DNA of 64,000 nt from Raillietiella orientalis. Its lineage: Eukaryota. The DNA lies in NCBI GenBank assembly GCA_036172245.1, contig JAYWIR010000031.1:1364001-1428000 (forward strand). Reading direction: 5' to 3'. The notes under the pieces were generated by a model that was not told the DNA's origin, did not search any database, and saw only the letters and a list, made by a program, of their open reading frames with translations. The position numbers and the translations under genes are program-made. Numbering within the stretch: position 1 is the stretch's first letter; the number at the start of each line of letters is the position of its first letter. Below are positions 42,689 through 56,593 of the stretch, in pieces.

Positions 42689-43099
42689 TGGCATATGATG
42701 TATTTATCACAATATCTTTGAGAGTAGGTAAAGATCTGCTGCATTTATGAAGTGCCAGAGATGTTCAGAATACTAACAAATATATAACATTCTGTAATGC
42801 TGTAGAAATTGATAAGATATACACAAAAACAGCATAATGCACTAGAATTGTGAAAAACTTGGCAAAGAGGGTGTGGCAATTGAGTTCATATTAAATTTAA
42901 TATTCATATGTACATATATAATGCAAAGTACCAAATTTCTTGTTCCGCGATGCGTGGGAGTCTGCAACCGTTGCAGTGCTTCCGCCTGCACTCGTGAGCG
43001 CTTCCGTGAACATAAATTCACTGACGACGGTCATCCCTTCTCTAAAGTTCAGCCTCCACAGTTTCCGATCTCCGCGCAAAGGAAAGCACACCAAAGTGC

Positions 43100-45450
43100 A
43101 TACCAAATGCTCTATCTCTTAATCATTCGTGCTGCCAACACAAAACACCGATAAATAGAAGATACCGCCCTTGACCAGGAGAGACACAGATCTTTGTTGT
43201 TGAGCTGGAAGAGTTTGAACTAGCCCTCCCGAGACTGGGGTTTGCTGCACCAACCACCTTACTCCAACGTAGTAGGCATCAGGGACCCTGCTCAAAGCAA
43301 CTCTGAGGTCTTCTGCAGCAGCTGCGGTTTGGATGGTTATCTGAGCCAGTAAGAACAACGGCAAATGAGGGAACATAGGCAGATCTCGCACTGGAATTCC
43401 AGGAAGGAAACTTTTCGGTTCCTCAAAATAAAGACGAACCTTCTTGTCCTAACGAACCCAATCCCATTCTCGAGCTCAGTTCAACCAGGAGGCGAGGAGA
43501 TCACAGGAAAACAGAAGAAGCAGTTCAGCTTCTGATGAAGTAGCGTATCCTCAACAGTGAGCAGGCAATTGTCCCCCAGGTTAAGAGGATTTTGGATGAA
43601 TACTTCCAAAACATTTTAGAGAGACCATTTGGCCAAGAGATTCGAAAGCTGCTCCAATCAAGCAATCAAATCTAAATTCGCAGGATGCAAGCGGTATTCG
43701 CTGGAAATCTCTCTAGGTAATAGGGAGTTGCGGGCCTAGTCATGTTGACTTGAGCTGAGCCATCCACAACGCTGAGGGCGCAGGGACCAACCAATGGCTG
43801 AACGATAAATAGGCCAATAACAGAAATATTCCAGGGCAATGGTTTGGCTTCCGCAAACGTTTGGGATATGCTCGGAAGATGTTTCGCAAGAACTTTAAGG
43901 TGATCTGATGTTTTTCCCTGAAAGGTCAGTGCTGTGTGTCTTATGGATGCTCGCCTGGTTCCGACACCAACGAGTCTGAAATCTTTGCCTTGTAGAGTTG
44001 CACCCGCGCATAAGACGAGCCGCCCTTACTGAGTCAGAGCAATTTCATCCAAAAGAAATAGTGAATGCATTTAAGTGCCTAAGCTCATGCGTCATGAAGA
44101 TTCATCCTGCTTAGCCTACAAAATTTCATGTCATCGACCTTACAAATGAATATCAGGAGCATATTGAGCAGATTGCGCATCCACGGAACAAGGAGAACGG
44201 AAAGCTTAGCGTGAGAAATTAGGACAGTCAGACTTCGCGAGCGTAACCAGCAGAAGTCCTGGTGGAGCTCAGACAGTCTTAGTGACAATGGATAACATTT
44301 CTCCAGGAGGACCATTCCTTACCAATAAACAGTGACCGACGCTGTGGTTTTTGACGGTGCCCGATGATTGGAAACGCAAGGCACGACTCCTTCAGAACAG
44401 CGGTAATCCCGGTGTGCTTATATTTCTGCCATGTGGCTTCTCATGTGTTTCTATTGCTTTGAAAGAAGAAGGGTGAAGTCTAGTCACTCGGGAATGGGAT
44501 GATCGGAACCCCTGACTTACAAGAACGTGCTAGAGATCCTACTTTGGGTTTCGCTGTTGAGCTGCAGCTCGCGCAGAACCTCCTTTGCTTCGCTAAAGCC
44601 TTCTAATTTGCGGATGCAGAACTTTAACTGCACCAAACAACGCTGCTGCTTACGTTTGACCTTGGCTTCCTATTGAGGAAACAGTTCTTGTCTCTGGCTA
44701 TTTGGAGAAAATAACAAAGAATGTAAACAAGGCTTTCGTCAGTGGTAACACTGCAACCACTCGGAAAACGAGCACGCAGAACCCCCAGAAGGAACTGTTG
44801 GAAGCGTACTGACTAACTAGAGGATTTCCAACCTCATTCCTATGGTCTTAACGTCTTCATCCTGCCTGTTTTTTTTTGTTTAAGTTTGATCTCCCTTCAA
44901 TGAAATCAAAATTCTTGCGCTCGAGGTGAGATGGAATCCAACGACCTGCTGTTGCATAGCTCATGAGAACCTCTTTCTAAGAATCCTTAGGACGATGGGA
45001 GTGCACCTGCAGCAGGAAGTCTTTAAAACAAAAATGCGTGCAATATTTCTAGAAAAGAAATTTCTTTCTTCTTTTTACTTTTCCTGTTGTGTTCGAATTG
45101 TTTCCTCGACTCGATCAAGAAATTTCCTAGCAATGCCACACCGATTGCTTCTCCCTGTCTTCTTGCACCATCTGAAGGATTTTTTATTTCCTGTGCTGAT
45201 CTCAGAAGAGGAGAGTTCGTGAAGAGGAATCTTCGGGACATAGGATCAGGCATTCTAAGTGCACTTCGTATCGCCTCAGCTCACTATCCAGTGAGCACAC
45301 GCAAAAATCCTCACGACCTCCTAGCCATCCTCTCAGTCGCTGCACTTCATGAGCCAGTTTGTCGGAATTGTCTAGAAAGCTTCCCCAAGAGCGGACCCAA
45401 CAAATGCATGTGTTCATATGTACCTCAGATTACAGAACACATGCAAAAGA
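43100..45450 (-). mobile_element. Possible decayed CR1/L2-like LINE RT
   Basis: GVALLGNF..KQFE near 45110 (cf. RPVALL..KxFE); DFCWLRSRSLTV and ICKVDDMKFCR at 44270-44115 (cf. SFLxxRxQxV, FADDTKLYR). Boundaries approximate. Confidence 0.35.
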
Positions 45451-45949
45451 GCAAACGCTTTCTTCTGATCGTTTGAGAGAGCTGGCTGCGCAGAAAACTC
45501 TCCTCAGTGTTCTTCTCGTCGTTCGCTTCAGGACCATTCTCAGTTAAATCCAATTTGCAGGTCTTTCCCTTAGTGTGAGTGGATTTGTCTGAATAAACTC
45601 CACAAAAAGGGGAACGCTCCCTCTGCAGCTGCTTTCAGGACAACTCAACAAAATTCCTGGGCCTACATCTTCTCCTCATCTGCCAAAAATCAGCAAACGC
45701 GGTGTAGTTCGATGCGCATTCTTTTGAAGGCTCCACTCTCCGGTCGTAGTTTCGGAACAGGAACGGGAGAGCAATCTCTGTTTAGACTGACCTCTGACAG
45801 CGAAGTGTGTGTCAAAGAGGCAAAGTCACCGCCGAAGGCTGGAAGAAGGCAGCATTCATAAACGTCAAAAAAGTGATCCAAGGGGATTGCACCGTCGATG
45901 GAAGCACGATTCCAATAGGAGACGGTGAGAAAGAGGGGACCCCAACTCA

Positions 45950-47600
45950 TGATGAGTCAAGCAGCGATCAGCCAGCCGCACTCTCTACACAACACAAGAC
46001 AACGTGCAACGTGCTGGTTACACTGATTCCATCGTAAGTGGGGATGGAATCCCAGGTGTTAATTGATAGCGTCATTGCTGCATCTCAGAACCAAAAAATC
46101 AAACGCATTGGATAATTTAGCAGCCATATTACTCAGAATTCTGTTAACGTTTGTTTCGTAAGAGTCGAAACTAGAACAGAAGGCGAAGAGGAAACTCCTC
46201 AGCTCCTGTTCCAGTTTCAACTGCTGCTAAGCTGCCACCCCGATGTAAGGAAGATGAAAGCGATTTCCATAAGATCTTTTTCATCCGTCTTGTCCCACAA
46301 TGAAAGTCGTCCATAAATGAACTTTCAAGGACGATGACGAGATCGTTAACTTATCAGCACGAGTTCGGCAAGAGCCGAGGGACTTTCGGTAGCACGGCCT
46401 GTTGTTTCCTGGGAATGGAAGGCTGTAGAAACAGGGAGGGGCAATAGTGCTTTATAAATAAGGTACGTTGCCTTGGCAAATCTCCGCTCTCAGACGAGAC
46501 TCTTGTTCCAGAAATGAATACGGCGAGATGCGTCAAGTGATCTCAACCCTCACAAGGATTGTAGAGCTCAACTCAGCTTCCCATCATCTTTAATGAGGCT
46601 GATATCCGTTTGGGAGGACCAGCGGTATTCGCATAAAAATCTCGGAAGCTCGCAGTATAGGCAAACTCATTTCTGAGACTCAGTGAACTCCCTGACTTCA
46701 TTCCCCTTCATTCCACCTAGAAATGTACCACGAAGAGAAATGCAATTTAAAGCCTACCGAGTAGTAATTAATGGAATTTGTGAAAGGTTTTAGAACAGTC
46801 AGGTCATGTGCAAGCTCTCCTACCCATCTGGTGAGATGGAAAGCACTTTGATTTTTAGAGCTCCAAATGGACTGCCGATAAACTGCCTTTGCACGGAGCT
46901 TCATCGGTTTCATCCAGCGACGGATGTCTCCATGACGCGTTGGGTTCTCAGATTCTTAGGTTAGATAGTACACGCACCAGCCCAAGAACACAAGAAATTC
47001 CTGTGTCAGAAACATCGAAACTGTTCCGGAAGAGACATGCTGGGACAGTGTCAGGATATTCATTTGGTTGAGAACCACGCAGTTTCAATGAAAAAGTGCC
47101 GTGCATGCAGATTAGGCGACAGCAGTTGGGGAAAATCCTGACTCTCTATCACTATGCCACCGCTCTCCTTACGAGGCAGAGAAATCGTTGCTTTCTTCGT
47201 GCTCTCTTTTGCATTTGTTTCCTCATGTCTTTTACTTCAGCGTTTGAGAAACGAAAGGTTTGAGTTCCACTCTGCATCTCAAGATTGCTTCGAGGAGCAA
47301 TTGCATTTGTTCTTGACACCTCGACGTGCCTACTGAGAATTGCAGGAGCCCAAAATTGTTCTCCTATTCAGAAAACAGCCGGGTAGGTGAAGAAAACATC
47401 TTTGTCCAAAGAGGGAAAAACTTTCGAAGACAGGAAAACGGAGCGGAAGACATGGTTCTCCAGAAAATTAGCTTGAGAGCAAACATGTTGATCCAATGAT
47501 TCAGCGTAGCATAGCACCTCAAGAAGGCCTTCGGCTGTCCGATTCCTGATAATACGTAGAAAGAACAGCACTGGGATTCTCAGATTGGCAGGAACAGATG
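45950..47600 (+). mobile_element. Possible decayed BEL/Pao protease-RT fragment
   Basis: NVLVTL..SQVLIDS (cf. VLLxTA..RALxDSG), SPTHLVR (cf. YLPHHxV), LIFRAPNGLPINCL (cf. VVFDAS..SLNDCL), WVLRFL and ALGFSDW (cf. LGLxW) occur in the expected order. Confidence 0.4.
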
Positions 47601-47689
47601 AACACTTCTAGGCTTTCATTGGCGTTTTCAAATTGGAATAACCAACAAATTATTCCATTTCCTTTCAAAAAAATGGAAGCGGTTAAAGT

Positions 47690-49400
47690 TCCAGGGGAAA
47701 AAAGTTCCTTTACACGTATCTTTCGTGGACATTACCATGACGATGGCGAATTTCGCCGTGCGGGCGCCGGATAAATGCCCAAAATGTGCACGATGGCATG
47801 AACTCAATAACGCACAGATGCTTGTACACCAAGCATGTGCTCGTACACATGCTCGGTGCAGGTCGCAGCATATCCTGTGAATTTCATTAGAATGATGTTT
47901 CATCGGAGAGGCTTCTCCTTGCTTGATAGACAATTTGCCTTTTCGGAAACGCTCGAAGCCATGCGGAACACAAGCAAACAAACGTTCTGCTAGCGACTCC
48001 ATCCAAGTAGTCATACCACCATGTCGCTTGGGAAACATCGGTAAGGACATCTTCATAACAAGTCAATCGTGAGTAGGATCGCGCTCTGGCCACGATGATT
48101 CTTCAGCTCACCGAAACTCAACCTCCGCATGGCCCAGAAGAAGTCCCAAGAAAACTGAGGGCACTCGCAAATTCTTGGATTGCTTATCAAAGGGACTTGG
48201 TAAAGGGAAACGATCACTAGATGTTGCATTAAGTGCACGCTACGTTCTTAGGCCAAACGACGGAAGTCCACGTGCGCCGATGGACTACCGATTTTTGCAC
48301 TGCTGCTGGAAACAGCAAAGGAAACTTCCACTTCCAGGCGAAAGCGGCTTCATCAGCTTTACGGAAGTCTGTCTCACAAAGGCGGTTTCCATTTTATCAT
48401 CAAGATTATACCTTCCTATAAGCCTAGGATCAGAAAATGCAAGAATCACTCGGGCAGCGTCGACATTAGTTTTGAGGTCTCCCATAGTGTGGTCTTCCTA
48501 TATCGGAAACACTAGCAACTCTTAAAAGAGGAAGAAATGCATCTTGCACCAAACATGGGACCGCCGGACCGGAGAGGCACATAGCGCGAGACCGGAAGAG
48601 TTTCGGAACGCAAAGCTCATCAAGTCTGGGACTTCCGACCCCACAAGATGAACACAGGTTTCGAACTTGCAACCAGCTTTGAACCATTGCATCACATATT
48701 AAAAGGTGCTGCACCACATGGTGGGAACTATCTGCAGATGCGAGACCGGGAACGACATCCATAATTCGTCACCGACTGCAGAAAGAAGATTTGCATTACC
48801 AGTTATCCCAAACACAGTCTCTAACTGAATTCAAGCACTGCCGTTGGAAGGCACAATAAAATGATCAACCGATCGTAAGCCTGTACAAATATGTGAGTTT
48901 GTATTTGGAGTTCCGATAACTTTCCAGATGACTCCTGCATGCTTACTTGAAAATAAGCGACCTTTTTACAAAAGCAAATGCAACGCGTGATTACTAAATC
49001 GTGTTCCCGTCAAAGACCATTTGCTTGCCAGTTTTGGCGCACGGATGTAACAGTCGACGCGGGGCCAGGCGAGAAGAGAGTGTTGCGTGGCAACGGTCAA
49101 GAAGTGTGTCTCGACTATCCCCGGGTGCTCTTGACTGCTTTGCATGCGGCAGATCGGTGCGGAAACAGAACGGACTGTTCTATGCTCCGTGCACCTAGGT
49201 GATCTCGTTTTTTCCCTTTTTCCCTTCTGCAAAGGATCGCCTTGCTCCCGGACGTGCACACTTGGGGTCATCAAAACATTGTGTCCACGAGCATTCCGAT
49301 CGGTGCAGCGAACGAACACGAAAACCTTCTCCATACGACTGAGGATAATCATAAGTACGACTCTCTCATTTTATCGGTTACCATGTCTAAGAAAGGCTCG
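47690..49400 (-). mobile_element. Decayed Ty3/Gypsy pol (RT, RNase H, integrase zinc finger)
   Basis: Minus strand, in order: TPSVHVRE (cf. SPxVxVxK); LKTNVDAARVILAFSDP (cf. LKxxLxxAPVLAFxDP); KPLSPGS (cf. PIAFAS); SDRFPL (cf. TDHKPL); ARSYSRL (cf. ADALSRL); LLSSCHRAHFG (cf. LxxLHxGHxG). RT-RH-INT order is the Gypsy arrangement. Confidence 0.6.
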
Positions 49401-50321
49401 TTGTCCAAAAAACTGTTGCTGCTACAAAAATGGAGTGAAGGCAGCACTACAGACAGACAGTCAGCTACGGAAGGAATGGTGTTGAGTTTGCCAGTTCGGG
49501 TCGATGGGATTTCCCGACACATAGACAACTGTCACCAAGAATTGAGTGCCTTTGCCATTTCTTTTTGATTGCAGACTTTGATGATGATCTTTAAGAGTCA
49601 TGTTTCCTATTATGAGTCTTAGTACGATGCTAAAGGAAACAAATACCTCAATGACCACGATTTCGAAAACATTAAAGATGACAAAATAAGTCGAGCTATG
49701 ATTACGACATTTGAAATACTGTGACGTAGTCCGAATACAGCATATATGGATGCACACTCAAAATTCAGTGCAAATAGTTTTTCGAAATAGCGTATGCTTT
49801 ATCTAATCAAAGATATAGGAAATCATACTGTTTCACTTACCAGAACCTCATTCCGGAAGTACTCCGGATCAGTAATGGGAGCTTTCGAGAAGCTTACAAG
49901 AGGAGCGGAAGCAATAAGCTATTTTGCCCCGGGCTAAAAACCTGAATGGAGGGAAAGTGCCGTTGGATTGCATGCATAACTTTTACAAATTAGCTCCGGA
50001 CGCAAATCTGTGATTGTAGGGAAACATTGTTTTTTTGTTTGCATTGACTCATAAAATGTTCCACGAATTAAATCGGGTACAAAACTTCTTTATGGCTACC
50101 GCTGTAATTATAACTGCAGCATCAGCAATAAAATGAAGCATGCTAGCACAAATGTTTTATTACTATAAATATGAATTGGAATTGGGTAATTATTAACAGA
50201 AAACCCATATTAACATATCAACTTATGGGACAATATGGGCACTTTGCAATAATTAGCAGCTATAAAAAGAATCTTTACAATATATTATATACACTGAACA
50301 ACAATCATAAATAACACTACA

Positions 50322-53300
50322 TTACTGCCAATGCAAAGATTGACGAGGGAGAAGCTAAAACACAAACAATGAGGAAGATGAATCAGCTACACAAACAGCA
50401 TCTTACCCAAGGAAATGCAACCTGCCGCTCATACTGTTGCAAGGTTTGCTCTAACTTCCTATTGAGGCTTTCTTTTTGTTTTTCCTCTTGGAATGCATGA
50501 GCATTTATATGTTCACAGTTTTTCTTTTTTTCCTCTATCTAACATGACTTGTGGAGTTAGCATTTGCAATAAAACTCCTCACCTGTGATTTCAATTCCGC
50601 AGAATAGCTGATTTGTTGGCCTACTTTCACTATTTTCTCTTTCCTCAATTGCTCTTTATAGCTAGCCAACTCATGCAACAAATCCTCTCTGGCTTGGAAT
50701 TTCATCTCTTGCTCTTGGGAGTTTCGTAAAATCTTTTCTTGCAATACTTCTTTCCAAGATGCCACAACCTGACACATGAGTTGTCTTCGAGCTGCTGCTT
50801 CCTCCTCCCATCGCTGCATCATACTTCTCCACAAATGCTGTGCCTCCTCCCTTGAATATGGTAATCTCATATTATTCTCTCCAATTATGCATACTCAAAT
50901 AGCTGTGCCATTTCCTGTTCCTTCTCTCTTTCAACAGCTAACTGCTTGTGTAGGATTAATTGCATATTAAATGAATCTTCCTTAAGTTTTTGAAATTTTT
51001 TAGCATCTTCTTCTTGTTCCTTTAATTCCTCAGCAAGAAGCTGCTCCAACAATTGTTGGTCCCTCTGCATAGACTCCTGTATCTCTCTTGCACGCTTTCT
51101 CAATTGTGCGTGATGCTGTCGATTCCAGAATATTCTGAAATTTTTTTGGTTTTCAATCAAGCCATTTCGCCTTATCTACCTTAGCTCCTCCTGATTCTGC
51201 TTCTCCTTTTCTCTTCTCTGTTTTTCTTCTGCTTCTAAAACTAATTGATGTAAAAACAGAAATCGCATCTCTTCATTCTTAAGTTCATCTGAATGGAGCT
51301 CATGCTTCCTTTATGACAAAACACAACACAAGCATGACGAAGTATCAATATTGTGACAATACTTACCTTAGTTGCTCAATTTGCTGCTTTAGGTGTTCTT
51401 TCCACATTAATGTTGCCTGTAGAGTTTTCAGTTTTCTTTCCTCTTCCTTTCTGATTTCCTCCATCATTCTGGCAGCCATCTCTTCTTGATATTTTTTTTC
51501 TTCTTCTTGTTGTCTAAACTCTTCTTTCTTTCTTGTTGTAAGCTGATCACACCATGAATGTGAAAGTTGTTCAGGCCAATGTTGTGACCTTATCTGTATC
51601 AGGAAAATAAAAGTAGACTGCAAACAATGTCTTATCATACCTCCTTGAGCAACACACTGTTCCATTTCCATTTATCAAGCATGAGTTTTTCGCTTTTATG
51701 TTTTTCTTTTAATTCTCGTTGTTGCTTCAGAAACTCAACTCTGTTTCTTAAATCATCTATGTTATCATTTTCCAGTTTCGACATGCCAATACTTAACTAC
51801 AAAAATATGGACTCATTAAAGATGCAAAGTAACTAGATAAATGTGCTGAATAGTGATGCCTCCTATTTTTTTCTCTCGATTATGCATTGCAATACGTAGA
51901 AGTAATGAAGAGCGTCTTATCATGGTTGCTTCTCCCAGTTAGTATGCAGTTTCATGATTCTGGCACAAGATATAGAAGTAGTACAGTAACAAACAGTCAG
52001 TAACCATTGTGAATTGAAACAGCAGCGAATATAGTCACTTATTCATATTTCTTGGTGAATGAACAGTTTACAGTAATAATTCAGTAAATAGAAATATTGT
52101 TCATCAACAGTCAATTTTCTGGAAATAACTTGTTGCATTCGTAGGAGACCAAACATCGCATCTGAATTTCATGATTTTATTGCGAAAGGCAGACAGTCTG
52201 GACTGAGTTTTGTCAGATTTTCATTTCTTCACACTTAAAGCAATGTTATTGGGCGGCACCTTTTTTTCTCTTCTGAAGATATCAAAGGCACAATGATTTG
52301 CTGATTCCATCAACAGGGTGCATAATTTAATCATGACTGCATCATGAAACTGCCTGAATGTGGAAAAAATTTGTGAACTATGTAGAAAATTAAAATGTTG
52401 AAAACTAAATATGTACCATGGTACAATAGCAAATAATGTAATCAGCTATTTTTGTATTATTCATATACCTATATTCATTTTTTTTAATAAAAAAAAAACA
52501 GGAGGAATCACTTTTCAGCATACCCTGGTACATTTCTTGATATTACATAAGTAATTTTGATCATGATGAGTACGGGAATGAAATAATGCTGACTAAATAA
52601 GCAAAAGTGTGTTCAAGATTACATTATCAGTCATTTTGGAAAATTATTGTAAGAAAAAGGAGAAGCAACACAGAAAAGATGAGAGAGAACATGACCAAAG
52701 TGAACACCTACAAATAAAGTCTATAAAAACAATGCATTTATATCTCAATTTATTTATAAATTGATGATTATCCACGTTTTTTCTTTTATACCTACTTCTA
52801 ATTCTAATTTGTACTTGTTTTTTTCTTCATCTAATAGTTTTCTCAATTTTTCTTGTCTATTTTTGAGTTTCTCTTCTTTACTCTTTTTTTCTTCATCAAA
52901 AAGTATTTTTTCTAGGCTAGCAAAAGAATTCATAAATATAAATGAAAACATAATAAAATCATCTTTCAAATGAAATGCAAATACTTCAGATGAAATCTAA
53001 GTTTATGAAAACAAATGAAAAACCCCACGATGCTATCGAACGTTCATATCTGAATCAGAAATACTATCTTTAAAATTGCATTTGAATATTTGTTATTGAA
53101 AAATTAAAGTTCTGGAGCATCAAGTCTTTGGTTCTGAAACATGCAATTTTTTTTTAATTGTGGAATGAACTGTATATAACTGAAGTGCTGAAAAAAAAAT
53201 GCACAATTTCTTCAAGATGCTAAATCTTGGAAAATAAAGTTAAGTATTGAAACAATACATAATAATATAGCCAACTGTAAACATTAATAACATATTAGCA

Positions 53301-53853
53301 GTGCATAAACTGCTATTCTTCAAAAACCTCACAAAAATAAATACATAAGCACCTACAAACAAGTAAGGTGCTACTCTTGGATATATTTCGATATATAAAA
53401 CATTTGAAAGCAGCTATTTTATATATCTTGATAAATGATCACCAAATACACAACACAAAACGTTTATCAAGCACAAAATCATCATCCAGCTTCATATCTC
53501 CTGTAAAAACATTGTAACCATCTCTAGTTTCAAAATGACATCATCCTTGTTTTTCTTGTGAAAGCATATATTTATTAACATGTACAAGTACACACACACA
53601 TATATATCTAAATAAATGCTAATGTTCGATACCTTTTGTTTCTTACAGAGGGGGATGTGAGAGCTTCATATTTATTTAATTTCAAATCGCAGTCACGATA
53701 ATAACTGACAACATCTTTCCACCATTCGGCTTGCCTTGTTTCTCTTTCACGTTTATGAATTAATTGTTTTTCCAACTTATTGTTAAATTGTTTTTTGTAT
53801 GGGTTATTCCAAAAACTTAAATCATGACTTTTGATTATATATGGGTAAGACAT
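50322..53853 (-). CDS. TCHP: Trichoplein-like coiled-coil protein; exons 53853-53633, 52916-52796, 51796-51641, 51593-51367, 51308-51180, 51134-50895, 50850-50583, 50538-~50407/50422, 50354-50322
   Basis: The in-frame GT-AG chain gives an E/K/Q/R-rich coiled coil colinear with TCHP: RQEKLRKLLDEE, RQHHAQLRKRAREIQE, EREKEQEMAQLFEEEAQHLW..WEEEAAARRQLMCQV, and a C-terminal LHWQ*. The last donor is ambiguous. Confidence 0.85.
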
Positions 53854-54719
53854 CAATATAACATAAAAAACACCAGAACAGTGACTGAAAACAATCATGC
53901 AGTTATTCACATCGTACGTGCTTTACTTCCTTGAAGAACAATTTACATTGCAGTCATTAGGGACTATCCACATGAATCCATCCAAAAAAAATTCAAATAG
54001 ACGGGACTTCAGAGGTACCACAACATATTGATATGACTATTAAAAAATAATTTAATTTAGCCTTTTTCCCCAAAACCACTTCGACACTCTTATTACACCA
54101 AATCATGAAACTTTTGGACTTCCAAATCATCAAAATTTCAAAACATCAAAATTTTGGAATTTGTAGTGAGAACTTAGAACTAAGTATTTTTTGATTAAAG
54201 TAGTATTCTTTTTTTATTCTCCAGCAGGAACTGCATATGTGCTGAAGTAGACCTCAACAAAAAAAATCACGAAATTTTTTTTTCATATATTACATCTTTA
54301 AAACTTTTATTAATTATTAGAAATACATTCATTATAATGTATTCAGAGCAGATTAGATAATTCACAATACGCATTTAATTTTTTCAAATGGAACACTGGA
54401 AACATGTTGATCACACTTTAATTAATTATTTTTTTTTACTTCAAATGGGATATGTCTGTAAGATTTCTTTTTGAAGAAAAATAAGAAATTTCATGTTTAG
54501 AGCAAAAATTCTGATTAAAATTCTTGAACTTAATTTTTTTAAGTTGTGGTGCTCCCGTATTGCATAATTAATACTGTTTAAATTGCTTTAGGAAAACGAC
54601 TCTTAAACAAAAAATGTGCTTTTGTATTTCGAAAATCGAACATTAGTATTTAATGTTGAGTCAATTAAAATAGTGTAGCACTAACAACTTTTTTTAAAGA
54701 AGACTAATGAAAGTTACGA

Positions 54720-55950
54720 ATCAACAGTAATGGAAAATCGACAACCAGGATAATATATGGAACATGTTGTACTTGCGATACTCTGGTTCCTACTAAATAT
54801 AACAGAAGGTAAAGAAAAGCAACAAGTGTTGAGAGAGATTTGATTTGAGAAGGAGTAAAATTTAAAAACTATTATCAAACAAAACAATGGAATCAGAATG
54901 AAGCAAACCGAAGTGGCAGGAGACCAATAATAATGAGATGGTTCTGGATAGTTGGGAATTGGAACTTGAATTCGCCTCGAAAATTTTTTTGGGGTCGCAT
55001 GCTTGGCGCGATGAGGCCTCAAAAGTTGCATCATGTGACAAATGGGAAGCCAAAAAGCAACGACATTTTGATGTAAAGAACAAGCATTAAAACGGAAAAC
55101 AGTAACAAGAATGAGGAAAGAAGAATCACTTAAAAGTGCTAGATAGAACTTGTGAGTGCATGACAAGAAAACTTCAGATCTAAAGATATATTGCCTACAT
55201 GAAACAGAAGATAGGAAGGTACGTTATTCACAAAATACGAGATGAAGGGATGAAAGGCGATGAAGAAATCTATTAAGATAATGGGCAACGATAGAATGGG
55301 GCTAGAATACTAGATGGAAGAAGGTATATAGATACGAAAATAAGAAAAAGAACATGTAAGGAACAAAGGCATCAAGAATACAAATGAATACGAGAAATCC
55401 TCAAGGCAGAGAGAGATGAATGCTATAGGAGCAGTCTTAAAGAAAACAGTTCTTTCACTGAGAATACAAGATAGCTTACTGATGTTTCATCGTTGTGTTA
55501 ATCCATGAGAAAAAATAAGGCAATTGGCTCAAGATCCACGAAAAGAATCATAAACATGGAAAATGTAGGAAACGGAAGCACATTTACATATCAGACTGCC
55601 TCAGAAGGAAGCTTGGCTAGACCGGTCATCGGAATGAAAGATTCAACGACGACAGAAATACTAAGCCTATTCCAAGGAATCAGTCAAGTTCCGAAAGGCA
55701 GCCCTTTATCCAGCCCACACTTCAAATCTTCATAAATGAAGATAATAATTAGAAGAACATAATGCTAAGAAGGAAACGCAACAGCAAGGATTCCATAATA
55801 GTAACAGAATCATTCCTGATGCGGAAAGCATACATCAACTAGAGAACAAACTTATTAGTGATACATTGAAGCAGGTTTAAAGAAATTAAATTCGTATACA
55901 AAAGTGTTAGTAAAACACGGAAAAATGCAGGACACATGAAACAAATAAGG
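54720..55950 (+). mobile_element. Decayed LINE reverse transcriptase
   Basis: QVPKGSPLSSPHF at ~55685-55725 (cf. GVPQGSPLSPxLF) and AGLKKLN at ~55875 (cf. GLxIN), in purine-rich sequence with many stops. Confidence 0.55.
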
Positions 55951-56477
55951 ACTTTTCTCGAGGAAGCATGAGAAAAATCTTACATTTCTAAATGAGACTG
56001 GTGCTCAGTGTATGTGATCCGCGGGACACTACAGAGTTCATTAGGTTTTCCAGACCTGGGTAAATGGAATCTCTGCTAAGTGATCACAAAGTTCTCACCA
56101 TCCCAGTGTCAACGTTACATGAAAAAGGTATCAGCATAGCATGGTCCCCAGACTAGAGTTTCCTTTGAACTGGAAAAATAATCTAGAGCATACATCGTTC
56201 CGCAATAGGTAATGCGATCAACCAGTGGTCTTTCGGAATCTTTGAAGTAGATTGCAACAAGCTTGCGTCTGCGGATTCTTTTTTTTCCGCTAAAGAGTCC
56301 TTGAGTACCCAGTGGCAATCGAATTGAAAAAGTCCTCTAATATGAAAACAGAAAATAAGCGATAAGGGAAAGCTACTCAAAATAATCGACGGCTAAAAAA
56401 ATTGACAACGATGAAGCTTAACAGCCTCCTCGTCGCTTTGGATAAAAAGGGAGGGTGCATAATTGCAATCCTCCACG

Positions 56478-56593
56478 CATCCCTCTGCATGAGTGTACTC
56501 TTTAGAAAAGATTAAATTCATCGCATGCCTTGAAGAGTGGAATTTTCACTTCTCCCGCAAAATGACGTCCACAAAATATCTTTCCATTATGGT
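56478..56593 (-). pseudogene. Detached copy of part of the testin LIM1-LIM2 exon (source 60600-60714)
   Basis: Near-identical ~115-nt direct copy with three substitutions and one extra A that shifts the frame. Confidence 0.92.

Noticed and set aside
47628..48760. Academ-like transposase with a CXC tail (CDLHRACVRAHAWCTSIC)
   Set aside because: The ordered Gypsy RNase H and integrase motifs explain the same bases better.
53624..53632. TCHP intron 1 donor GTATCG as a possible U12-type site
   Set aside because: Does not match GTATCCTT, and no U12 branch site is evident.
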